From an uncultured Micavibrio sp. (GTDB taxonomy: Bacteria > Pseudomonadota > Alphaproteobacteria > Micavibrionales > UBA1664): DNA of 43,154 nucleotides. The notes under the pieces were generated by a model, which was not told the origin of the DNA, did not search any database, and saw only the letters and a program-made list of their open reading frames with translations. This document shows, piece after piece, positions 35,588 through 43,094 of this stretch. The position numbers were made by a program, and so were the translations under genes. The stretch covers positions 1-43,154 of the forward strand of contig CALBME010000181.1 in NCBI GenBank assembly GCA_937896295.1, read 5' to 3'. Numbering within the stretch: the first letter of the stretch is position 1; each line of letters begins with the position of its first letter.

Positions 35588-36238
35588 CTACCTGCCGCGG
35601 TTTTTAATCGCCCGGAACAGGTCGCGCTCGGCTTCCGAATACAGGCTGTCGTCATCGGCGGCGGCCAGCGGGTCGACCCCGCGCTCAGCATCCGGGTCCC
35701 GGATGGCGAAAGGACTACCCGCCGGGGACGAAGACGCAGGCGGCACCACCGACGCGTCCAGTTTGCGCAGATGCTGGACATAGGATGCCTGCACACCCTG
35801 CGGCTGACTATCCTGACCAGAACGGCGCTCAGGGGCGGATTTGGAGGGCTCCGAGATGGTCCGGGGCGAAGGCGCCGGTTGGGGGGCATTGATGGCAGGA
35901 GCCATGGGACGCGCCTTGTCGACCAGCCCTTCAAGACGGCTGGCCAGCCGGTCGCCGCTATCCGTGATCAATTGCAGCTCGTCCGACAGGGCCATGGCCT
36001 TGTCCACGGCGGCCTGAAGTTCAGAACCGGAGTCGCGGGCCGCTTCTTTCAGGCCGGATATGGCCCGGTCGGCACGGTCGAGGTTTTTGATGAGATCGCG
36101 GACGACCTTGTCGAGGTCCGACTTGGAATCGCGCAGACGGCGCAGCTGCAGCGACAGGCGCGCGGCATAGACAATCGTCAGGCCCAGCAGGACCACCACG
36201 ACAACGTCGAGAATGAGGGAAACGGGAGCGCCTTCCAT
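35588..36238 (-). CDS. Membrane-anchored coiled-coil protein downstream of fliM (possibly the DUF6468 family)
   Basis: N-terminal TM (LILDVVVVVLLGLTIVYAA), a coiled-coil segment of about 90 aa and a disordered Pro/Ser-rich C-terminus. The family name is from memory only. Confidence 0.5.
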   Translation of the reverse strand: MEGAPVSLILDVVVVVLLGLTIVYAARLSLQLRRLRDSKSDLDKVVRDLIKNLDRADRAISGLKEAARDSGSELQAAVDKAMALSDELQLITDSGDRLASRLEGLVDKARPMAPAINAPQPAPSPRTISEPSKSAPERRSGQDSQPQGVQASYVQHLRKLDASVVPPASSSPAGSPFAIRDPDAERGVDPLAAADDDSLYSEAERDLFRAIKNRGR

Positions 36239-36289
36239 AAGAGCTCAAGCTAGAGCGTTATGGCTATTCTTACAAGCGCCATGGGGGGA

Positions 36290-37429
36290 TTATTCAGACT
36301 TCTTTGCCGGCGGAATGTACTTGTCGATCCGCACGGCAAGGTTGCCCTTTTTCTGTCCGGTCGATGCCTTGTACATCGGGAACTGGCCACAGCGCACCTC
36401 GATCCGATCGGACGGCGACGCATTGAAAAAGACAGTCGAACCGGGCTTCCAGTTCAGCAACTCACCCAGCGGGACCGTCTTCTCGGCCAGCACGGCCTGA
36501 AGGTCAATATCCGTTAAATACAATTCGTTAGTGAGGTGAGTTTCCCAAATCGAGTCACGGCCGAACTTCTCGCCCATGAACATCTGGAGCAGAAGTTCGC
36601 GGATGGGTTCGAGGGTAGCATACGGCAGCAGGATTTCCACCCGGCCGCCACGATCGCCCATGTCGATCCGCAGGCGCGCGAGCACGCAGGCATTGGAACC
36701 CTGGGTGATGGCGGCAAAGCGCGGGTTGGTTTCCATCCGCTCCATCGTGAAGCTGACGGGGGACAGGGGGTCGAACGCCGACGACATGTCGGACATGACC
36801 ACCCCGACCATGCGTTCGATCAGTTTGGTTTCGATGGTGGTATAGGGGCGCCCCTCGATCCGGATGGCAGGGGTGCCTTTACGACCCCCGAGCAGGACGT
36901 CGACGATGGAATAGATCAGGGCGGAATCCACCATCAGCAGGCCGCCGTTATCCCACTCCTCGGCCTTGAATATAGACAACATCGCCGGCAGCGGGATGGA
37001 GTTCATGTAGTCGCCAAAGCGCACCGTGGACACCTGGTCCAGCGACACTTCGACGTTATCCGATGTCAGGTTGCGCAAGGACGTCGACATCAGGCGGACC
37101 AGCCGGTCGAACACGATGTCGAGCATCGGCAGGCGTTCGTAATTGACCAGCGCCGAATTGATGAGCGCCATGACGCCGGAGGCCTGCTCCTGCCCCGATG
37201 CGTCGTTGAATCCTAAAAGGGAGTCGATTTCATCCTGGTTGAGGATACGGGTGCCGCCGCTGTCGTCGGTCTCGGCCGCCTCGCCGCCCCCCACGGGACG
37301 CCCATCGACACCAAGAGCCTGCGATGCCATTGCTTCCCACTCGGCCATCATCGCCTTTTCCTCATCGCTCATCGGGGTGTCGGTCGACCCCTGCGGCGTT
37401 GTGTTCGGCGGTGCGTCTGTATCGGCCAT
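36290..37429 (-). CDS. fliM: Flagellar motor switch protein FliM (with an N-terminal extension of about 60 aa)
   Basis: CheY-P binding motif LNQDEIDSLLGF at aa 63-74, a FliM middle domain and a C-terminal SpoA-like region (GELLNWKPGSTVFF). Confidence 0.93.
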   Translation of the reverse strand: MADTDAPPNTTPQGSTDTPMSDEEKAMMAEWEAMASQALGVDGRPVGGGEAAETDDSGGTRILNQDEIDSLLGFNDASGQEQASGVMALINSALVNYERLPMLDIVFDRLVRLMSTSLRNLTSDNVEVSLDQVSTVRFGDYMNSIPLPAMLSIFKAEEWDNGGLLMVDSALIYSIVDVLLGGRKGTPAIRIEGRPYTTIETKLIERMVGVVMSDMSSAFDPLSPVSFTMERMETNPRFAAITQGSNACVLARLRIDMGDRGGRVEILLPYATLEPIRELLLQMFMGEKFGRDSIWETHLTNELYLTDIDLQAVLAEKTVPLGELLNWKPGSTVFFNASPSDRIEVRCGQFPMYKASTGQKKGNLAVRIDKYIPPAKKSE

Positions 37430-37523
37430 GCTGAATCGTTGATGCGTTAACGTTAGTTAACAATATAGCACAGATCGTGCCAAAAAAGCGGAAAAACGAA
37501 AAACCCCAGGTCTGTCCCGGCTT

Positions 37524-38105
37524 TTACTGGATCAGGATTTCCTGAAACAGAACGTCCTGCACCTTCACCGGCTGGGCCGCCAGATTGACACGGTAAAGAA
37601 GCTCCTGCCGTAATCTGTAAATACCAGCTGAGCCGCGCAGGTCCTGCACGCGCATTTCGCGCAAGAAAGTCTGGAACTGATCGACCACGCGCGGGGCCAC
37701 CGTGTTCAGGGACTCAAGGTCGGCGGGGTTCGCCACCTCCAGCTTGACCTTCAGCTTCAGGAACCGCGACGGTCCGCCTGCACTGGAAAGATTGACGAGC
37801 AGATCCGGCAATTCCATAAACTGCGGACCGCCGGCGGCATGATCGCCGCCCTCGCCGCCCGCCTCGCCGCCGCCTTCATGTTCGGCACTGACCGCAGCCT
37901 CGCCTTCGGCCGGGGTCTTCTTGGGTCCGATCACGCCGGTGAAATACAGCCCCGCCCCCACCCCGATGAGGAGCAGCGGGATCACGATCAGCAACAGCTT
38001 CTTCGCGCCAAATCCTTTACCGCCTTCATCATCCAGCGGTTTGACTTCGCCTTCCGCGCCTTCGGCAGCGGCGGCTGCGGGTACGTCTTCGTCTTTTTTG
38101 GCCAT
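37524..38105 (-). CDS. fliL: Flagellar basal-body-associated protein FliL
   Basis: Single TM (LLLIVIPLLLIGVGAGLYF) and a C-terminal FliL domain (FMELPDLLVNL...FLKLKVKLEV...FQEILIQ). Confidence 0.9.
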   Translation of the reverse strand: MAKKDEDVPAAAAAEGAEGEVKPLDDEGGKGFGAKKLLLIVIPLLLIGVGAGLYFTGVIGPKKTPAEGEAAVSAEHEGGGEAGGEGGDHAAGGPQFMELPDLLVNLSSAGGPSRFLKLKVKLEVANPADLESLNTVAPRVVDQFQTFLREMRVQDLRGSAGIYRLRQELLYRVNLAAQPVKVQDVLFQEILIQ

Positions 38106-38216
38106 GGCTCTTTAAAGGAATCCAAAGGTTGTATTCAAAAAGGTTAACACAAAGCCCGCACCCATGAAAGCCGCGGCAATTTTTTCCATACAGCCTGAAC
38201 AGGTCACGGCATACGA

Positions 38217-38252
38217 CTCGGGAAACGCACGGTACCCGAGCGGGAAACACGG
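38217..38252. promoter_or_regulatory. Repeat/dyad element upstream of the flgF sigma54 promoter (candidate enhancer-binding-protein site)
   Basis: GGGAAACGCACGG (38220-38232) and GGGAAACACGG (38242-38252). CTCGGG (38217-38222) and CCCGAG (38235-38240) form an inverted repeat. The element is 35-70 nt upstream of the -24 element. Confidence 0.35.
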
Positions 38253-38286
38253 TGAAAACCCATTGAAAATGCGGACCAATCCGCTC

Positions 38287-38302
38287 TGGCACACCCTGTG
38301 CA
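38287..38302 (+). promoter_or_regulatory. Sigma54 (-24/-12) promoter for flgF-flgG-flgA-flgH
   Basis: TGGCACACCCTGTGCA (TGGCAC-N5-gTGCA), with GG and GC correctly spaced. It ends 38 nt before the flgF ATG. Confidence 0.55.
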
Positions 38303-38339
38303 AAGACATCATGCGGTAAAACTTTTTGGGAAACCGATC

Positions 38340-39065
38340 ATGGAAAACACCATCTACATTGGCCTTTCGCGCTTAAGCGCCCTGCAGACCAATATGGACA
38401 TCATCGCGAACAACATCGCCAACATCAACACGCCCGGCTACAAGGCCAGCAAGATGGTGTTCGCCGAATACCTCGACAAACCCCGGGCCATGAACGAGAC
38501 GCTGTCGATGGTCGAGGACTACGGCAATTTCCGCGTCGCCGCCAACGGCCCCATCAAGATGACGGGCAACCCGCTGGACGTCGCCCTTCAGGGCCCCGGT
38601 TACTTCGGCGTGCAGGGTCCCAACGGCAAGACCATGTATACGCGCGCCGGTGCCTTCATGACCGACCCCGAAGGCAACCTGGTCACACAACAGGGATACA
38701 AGGTGCTGGATTCCGGCGGCGCCCCGATCACCATCCCCGTTGGCGCCCGCGATATCGTCATCGACCCGACCGGATCCATCGCCACGGAAGAAGGCACCGT
38801 CACCAGCCTGATGGTGCAGGAATTCGCCAATATCCAGTCCCTGACGCCCTTTGGGGATACCCTTTATGAAACCAAGGAAGCTGGTACCCCTGCGGTGAAA
38901 ACGCAGGTCGTCCAGAACGGCCTTGAAGGTTCCAACACGCAAGGCGTGGTAGAGATGACCGATATGATCGACGTCTCGCGCAGCTATCAGAGTGTCGCAA
39001 AAATGCTGCAGAACGAACATGACCGCATGCGCTCCACCATCAAGAGCCTGACCACCGCAACCTGA
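38340..39065 (+). CDS. flgF: Flagellar rod protein FlgF
   Basis: Rod N-terminus MENTIYIGLSRLSALQTNMDIIANNIANINTPGYK and C-terminal SNTQGVVEMTDMIDVSRSYQ. ATG 38340 is preferred over the track's GTG 38298, which lies inside the promoter. Confidence 0.9.
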   Translation: MENTIYIGLSRLSALQTNMDIIANNIANINTPGYKASKMVFAEYLDKPRAMNETLSMVEDYGNFRVAANGPIKMTGNPLDVALQGPGYFGVQGPNGKTMYTRAGAFMTDPEGNLVTQQGYKVLDSGGAPITIPVGARDIVIDPTGSIATEEGTVTSLMVQEFANIQSLTPFGDTLYETKEAGTPAVKTQVVQNGLEGSNTQGVVEMTDMIDVSRSYQSVAKMLQNEHDRMRSTIKSLTTAT

Positions 39066-39109
39066 TCATAAACGCAGCAAGAATTTAAACCTTTTAGGAG
39101 ATTAAACAG

Positions 39110-39895
39110 ATGCTTTCCCTCGATATCGCCGCCACCGGCATGCAGGCCCAGCAGATGAACGTGGATACCATATCCAACAACATCGCCAACATGACGACCA
39201 CAGGCTTCAAACGCCAGCGCGCCCAGTTCCAGGACCTGATCTACCAGACCAAGGTGCGCCCGGGCGTGACCTCCTCCAATGTCGGCTCGATCCTGCCCTC
39301 GGGCATCCAGCTTGGCCTTGGCGTCAAACCGGGGTCCATCTATCGCATCAACGAACAGGGCCCGATCCAGATCAGCGGCAACACTTATGATCTGGCGATC
39401 GCGGGTCGCGGATTCTTCCAGATCGCCATGCCGGACGGCACCACCGGCTACACCCGCGACGGCAGCTTCAGCATCAATGCCGACGGCCAGATCGTCAATT
39501 CGCTGGGCTATGCCCTTGAACCGGCCATCACCATTCCGTCCGACGCCACGTCCGTGAACATCACCGAAGATGGGCTGGTGCAGGTTAAAATCCCCGGCAC
39601 CACCGCCACGCAGCAGGTCGGCCAGATCCAGATCGCGATCTTCCAGAACGATGCGGGCCTTGAGGCGATCGGCAACAACATCCTGCTGGAAACCGACGGC
39701 TCGGGCACGCCCACGGTCGGCAATCCCGTCGATGTCGGCTTCGGCAAACTGCAACAGGGTGCGCGCGAAGCCTCCAACGTCAACGTGGTCGATGAAATCA
39801 CCACCCTGATCACGGCCCAGCGCGCCTATGAGATGAATTCGAAGGTCATCCAGACCTCCGACGACATGCTCGGCACCCTGACCCAGTTACGCTAA
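39110..39895 (+). CDS. flgG: Flagellar distal rod protein FlgG
   Basis: Blocks MLSLDIAATGMQAQQMNVDTISNNIANMTTTGFK and EASNVNVVDEITTLITAQRAYEMNSKVIQTSDDML. 261 aa. Confidence 0.95.
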   Translation: MLSLDIAATGMQAQQMNVDTISNNIANMTTTGFKRQRAQFQDLIYQTKVRPGVTSSNVGSILPSGIQLGLGVKPGSIYRINEQGPIQISGNTYDLAIAGRGFFQIAMPDGTTGYTRDGSFSINADGQIVNSLGYALEPAITIPSDATSVNITEDGLVQVKIPGTTATQQVGQIQIAIFQNDAGLEAIGNNILLETDGSGTPTVGNPVDVGFGKLQQGAREASNVNVVDEITTLITAQRAYEMNSKVIQTSDDMLGTLTQLR

Positions 39896-39918
39896 TTACA
39901 AAGAAGGAGCCTAGTCCC

Positions 39919-40929
39919 ATGACAGCAGCATCCATCACCTTCAAACGCAGCAATCCCCGCGAACTTCCTGCCTCGCTGGCCGGCAAGCTGCTTCTGGTCG
40001 TGCTGGCTCTGATGCTGGTCATGGGGCTGGTTCTGACCTCAGCCACCAAGGCATTCGCCAATGCGGGCATCAGCCCGGCGATCAAGGGCAATGTCGTCGT
40101 GACCAACGGCAGCGTGAAGCTGGGCGACGTGTTCGAAAACGTGCAGCAAAATGCCGACTTCGTTCTGGCCCCCGCCCCCCAGCCGGGCGAGGAACTGGTC
40201 TGGAACGAAGCCACGTTGCTGCGCATCGCGACCGCGTTCAACATGCCCTGGCGCCCGGAAAGCGGACAGGAAGTGCGCATCCGCCGCGATGCCACCCTGA
40301 TCGACCGCGACACGCTGAAATCGGTGCTGCGCGACCATCTCACCGGCCTGGGCGACCCCGCCCTGTATCAGGTCAACCTGACCTCGGAGATTCCCGAGAT
40401 CATCGTATCCAATAAGGGAACCCCCCGTATCGACGTGGCGGACTTTAACATGCAGCCGGTCGGTGGCACGTTCTCGGCCCTGATCCGGGTGTCGGAAGCC
40501 GACGGCAGCAACAGCCAGACGGTCAATGTCCGGGGCGTGGCCGACCGCGTCGTCAGCGTCCCCGTCCTGAAGGCCGATAAACGCAACGGCGAAGTCATTA
40601 CATCCGGCGACATTACATATATTACCCGCAAGGCCACCACCGTCGGGGCCAATGTGGTGCGCAGCCCCGGCGAAATGATCGGATCGACCCCCCGCCGCGC
40701 CATTGCTGCGGGCACGCTGATTACGCCCAACGACCTGCAGATGCCCCAGATGGTATCGCGCGGGGACCTGATCACCATGGTCTACAAACAGGGTGGCATG
40801 TACCTGACCGTCAAGGGCCGCGCCCTTGAAGATGGTGCCATCGGCCAGAGCATTAAAGTATCGAATACCGGTTCCAACCGCACACTCGAGGGACGTGTGA
40901 CCGCCACCAAACAAGTGACGATCAACTAA
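39919..40929 (+). CDS. flgA: Flagellar P-ring assembly chaperone FlgA (long form, 336 aa)
   Basis: N-terminal signal/TM segment. C-terminal SAF/FlgA blocks (GEVITSGDI, VSRGDLITMVYKQGGMYLTVKGRALEDGAIGQSIKVSN). Lies between flgG and flgH. Confidence 0.8.
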   Translation: MTAASITFKRSNPRELPASLAGKLLLVVLALMLVMGLVLTSATKAFANAGISPAIKGNVVVTNGSVKLGDVFENVQQNADFVLAPAPQPGEELVWNEATLLRIATAFNMPWRPESGQEVRIRRDATLIDRDTLKSVLRDHLTGLGDPALYQVNLTSEIPEIIVSNKGTPRIDVADFNMQPVGGTFSALIRVSEADGSNSQTVNVRGVADRVVSVPVLKADKRNGEVITSGDITYITRKATTVGANVVRSPGEMIGSTPRRAIAAGTLITPNDLQMPQMVSRGDLITMVYKQGGMYLTVKGRALEDGAIGQSIKVSNTGSNRTLEGRVTATKQVTIN

Positions 40930-40939
40930 GGATAGGCCC

Positions 40940-41698
40940 ATGAAACAGATGAACGCACTCAAACTCCTGACCCTTGGCACCATTGCGGCCCTCGGCCTGT
41001 CCGGCTGCAACGCCGCCGACCGCCTGGCCAGCATCGGGGAAGCCCCGCGCCAGTCCGACATCATCAACCCCACCGCCAAGGCCGGATACAAGCCGGTCAC
41101 CATGCCGATGCCGGTTCAGGAGGTCGTCGAACGCCAGCCCAACAGCCTGTGGGCCGGCGGAAGCCGCAAAACCTTCTTCAAGGATCAGCGCGCCAAGGAT
41201 ATCGGCGACATTCTGACCGTGAACATCGACATCACCGACGAAGCCAACCTGAAAAACGAAACCAGCCGCGACCGCACCGCATCGGAAGACAGCGCCCTGC
41301 CCGATGCACTCGGCTTCCAGAACTATCTCGACAAGGTTTTTCCGGGCGGCGTGAACCCGGCATCCCTTCTCGACGGGGACACCAGTTCCAAGTTTGAAGG
41401 CACCGGCGAAGTCAAACGCAACGAGGACATCAAGCTCAAGGTCGCCGCGACCGTGGCCCAGATCCTGCCCAACGGGAATATGGTGATCCAGGGCCATCAG
41501 GAAGTGCGCGTGAATTTTGAGAACCGGATTCTGAACGTCGCCGGTATCATCCGCCCCGAAGACATCTCGATCGACAACACGATCCCCTACGAGAAAATCG
41601 CCGAAGCCCGCATCGCCTATGGCGGCCGCGGCCAGATGACGGACGTTCAGCAGCCGCGCTATGGGCAGCAGGTGCTCGACATCCTTTCACCTTTCTAA
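40940..41698 (+). CDS. flgH: Flagellar L-ring lipoprotein FlgH
   Basis: Lipobox LGLSGC. FlgH blocks DQRAKDIGDILTVNI, ILPNGNMVIQG.QEVRVN and ARIAYGGRG. Confidence 0.95.
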   Translation: MKQMNALKLLTLGTIAALGLSGCNAADRLASIGEAPRQSDIINPTAKAGYKPVTMPMPVQEVVERQPNSLWAGGSRKTFFKDQRAKDIGDILTVNIDITDEANLKNETSRDRTASEDSALPDALGFQNYLDKVFPGGVNPASLLDGDTSSKFEGTGEVKRNEDIKLKVAATVAQILPNGNMVIQGHQEVRVNFENRILNVAGIIRPEDISIDNTIPYEKIAEARIAYGGRGQMTDVQQPRYGQQVLDILSPF

Positions 41699-41735
41699 GC
41701 TATTACCCCGTAGTTTCTCCAGAAGGACCCAACCT

Positions 41736-41766
41736 GGCCCCGCCGTCAAAAGCGGGGCCTTTTTTG
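41736..41766 (+). terminator. Intrinsic terminator after flgH
   Basis: GGCCCCGC-N8-GCGGGGCC followed by TTTTTTT. Confidence 0.85.
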
Positions 41767-41770
41767 TAAC

Positions 41771-41864
41771 TTTAAAGGCAACACTTTAAATGTATCACTT
41801 TTGATTCAACGCTTTTAAAGCAGCGCATTTGAATCAGAACATTTAAAGCGACACTTTTAAAGCA
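41771..41864. repeat. AT-rich structured element: five TTTAAA(G) motifs, a ~20-nt direct repeat pair and a central inverted repeat
   Basis: TTTAAA starts at 41771, 41785, 41814, 41842 and 41856 (spacing 14/29/28/14). DR1 is TTTAAAGGCAACACTTTAAA and DR2 is TTTAAAGCGACACTTTTAAA. The inverted repeat is TGATTCAA (41802-41809) and TTGAATCA (41829-41836). Confidence 0.7.
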
Positions 41865-41881
41865 ACACCTAAGCGCATGAT

Positions 41882-41906
41882 AAAAAACCCGCCACGAGGG
41901 CGGGTT
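41882..41906 (-). terminator. Intrinsic terminator after dksA
   Basis: Minus strand reads AACCCGCC-CTCGT-GGCGGGTT followed by TTTTTA. Confidence 0.8.
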
Positions 41907-41931
41907 CATGTAAAATATACGAAAGATGCGA

Positions 41932-42366
41932 TCAGTCGTCGCGGTGCGTTTTCTCAAGACGCTCGTGACGTTCCTGCGCCTCAATCGACAGGGTCGCGGT
42001 CGGACGGGCGTCCAGACGGGCAACGGTAATCGGCTCTCCGGTCTCTTCGCAGTAACCGTAACTGCCGTCATCGATCCGCAGCAGGGCTTCGTTGATCTTG
42101 CCGATGAGTTTGCGTTCGCGGTCGCGGGTACGCAGTTCAAGCGCATGGTCGGTTTCGGCCGCCGCACGGTCGGCAATATCCGGCTTTTGCAGTTCGGTGC
42201 TTTGCAGGGTGTTGTGGACGGTTTCTTCCGAGCCGTGCAGAAGTTCGGCACGCCAGGCGATCAGCTTCTTTTTGAAATAGGCGGCCATCACGGGATTCAT
42301 GAATTTGCCCTTGTCCTTTTTCGGGTCGTAATCCGGCGGGACAGTGACGGTGCTGGGTGTACTCAT
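41932..42366 (-). CDS. dksA: RNA polymerase-binding transcription factor DksA (one-Cys variant)
   Basis: Coiled-coil tip DIADRAAAE...LELRTRDRERKLI. The C-terminal region YGYCEETGEPI..RLDARPTATLSIEA aligns with E. coli FGYCESCGVEI..RLEARPTADLCIDC, with 3 of the 4 Cys replaced. Confidence 0.9.
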   Translation of the reverse strand: MSTPSTVTVPPDYDPKKDKGKFMNPVMAAYFKKKLIAWRAELLHGSEETVHNTLQSTELQKPDIADRAAAETDHALELRTRDRERKLIGKINEALLRIDDGSYGYCEETGEPITVARLDARPTATLSIEAQERHERLEKTHRDD

Positions 42367-42399
42367 TCGTGAAATCCCCTTAATTGAATGAAGGCAACA

Positions 42400-42428
42400 T
42401 ATATAGAAATGGTTGTGTGATTCCGCAA
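42400..42428 (-). promoter_or_regulatory. Candidate sigma70-type promoter for dksA
   Basis: Minus strand reads TTGCGG-N17-TATATA. The -10 hexamer ends 33 nt upstream of the dksA ATG, which has an AAGGGGA SD. Confidence 0.3.
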
Positions 42429-42467
42429 GGGAAACAAGGCGTTTTACCCTTTAATAATAAGGCTTTG

Positions 42468-42911
42468 TTATTTATGTCCTTTTTCGCGGGCTAATTCCAT
42501 CTTGGCCAGTTCGACCTGCGCCCTTAGGTCCACCTCGTTCAGAATCTCGGTCAGGCGGGGGTCGTCCACGCTCTCCCGCCCCTCGCGCACCGCGCGGCTG
42601 ACGTCATTCATGTCGGCGGACGACAGATTGCCCTGCACCAGCCCCTTGTGAACCTGCCCCAGCGCATCCAGTACCTTATGCGCGCGCTCCATCATCTTTT
42701 TCCGGCGCTTGCCTTCCGCCGGGTCGTCGGCCCCCTGCACGGCCAGAAGATTACCGATTCCGGCCATCGGCGATGCGCCGCGCAGCTGGGGGGCGCTGGA
42801 TGCGCCCTCATCCTCCAGCATGGCGCTGAAAACGCCGCCTGACCCGCTGCTTTTGCGGGTTTTTTCAGACTTCTTGATCTCGGATGTGGATTTGGGTCCC
42901 TCGATGCGCAT
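42468..42911 (-). CDS. fliX: FliX-like flagellar assembly regulator
   Basis: 147 aa with a Gly/Ser-rich N-terminus and a C-terminal DPRLTEILNEVDLRAQVELAK block, as I remember for FliX. It is divergent from flgI, as in Caulobacter. Confidence 0.6.
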   Translation of the reverse strand: MRIEGPKSTSEIKKSEKTRKSSGSGGVFSAMLEDEGASSAPQLRGASPMAGIGNLLAVQGADDPAEGKRRKKMMERAHKVLDALGQVHKGLVQGNLSSADMNDVSRAVREGRESVDDPRLTEILNEVDLRAQVELAKMELAREKGHK

Positions 42912-43054
42912 GACCGGTATTGTCCGGGCAAACCTTTAATACTTCAAGAACAACTGCCAACGGGTCCCCACCGAATATGGGGTTGGCGGGGCCGCCACGT
43001 CCATGGGGATAAAAGCGTATGTGGGCCAGCCCTGCGCACGGGGCTGACCCCAGT

Positions 43055-43070
43055 TGGCACGCTTCTCGCA
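43055..43070 (+). promoter_or_regulatory. Sigma54 (-24/-12) promoter for flgI
   Basis: TGGCACGCTTCTCGCA has the same TGGCACG..T.TCGCA pattern as the flgB promoter. It ends 25 nt before ATG 43095. Confidence 0.6.
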
Positions 43071-43094
43071 AAGGTAGACCGGGAAAGGATTACC

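Noticed and set aside
40039-41103. 354-aa minus-strand ORF over flgA and the flgH start
   Set aside because: It is antisense to clearly recognisable flgA and flgH, with a Gly/Arg/Asp-rich shadow translation.
41771-41864. The TTTAAAG repeat region as a CRISPR array or a dif/XerCD site
   Set aside because: The repeats are only 7-20 nt with irregular spacing, and no cas genes are present. The sequence does not match the 28-nt dif consensus as I remember it (...CATAATGTATATTATGTTAAAT).
42940-42965. Sigma54-like motif upstream of fliX (minus strand TGGCAG-N5-CTTGA)
   Set aside because: The -12 GC dinucleotide is missing (TTGA instead of TTGC). The three accepted sites all keep both GG and GC.
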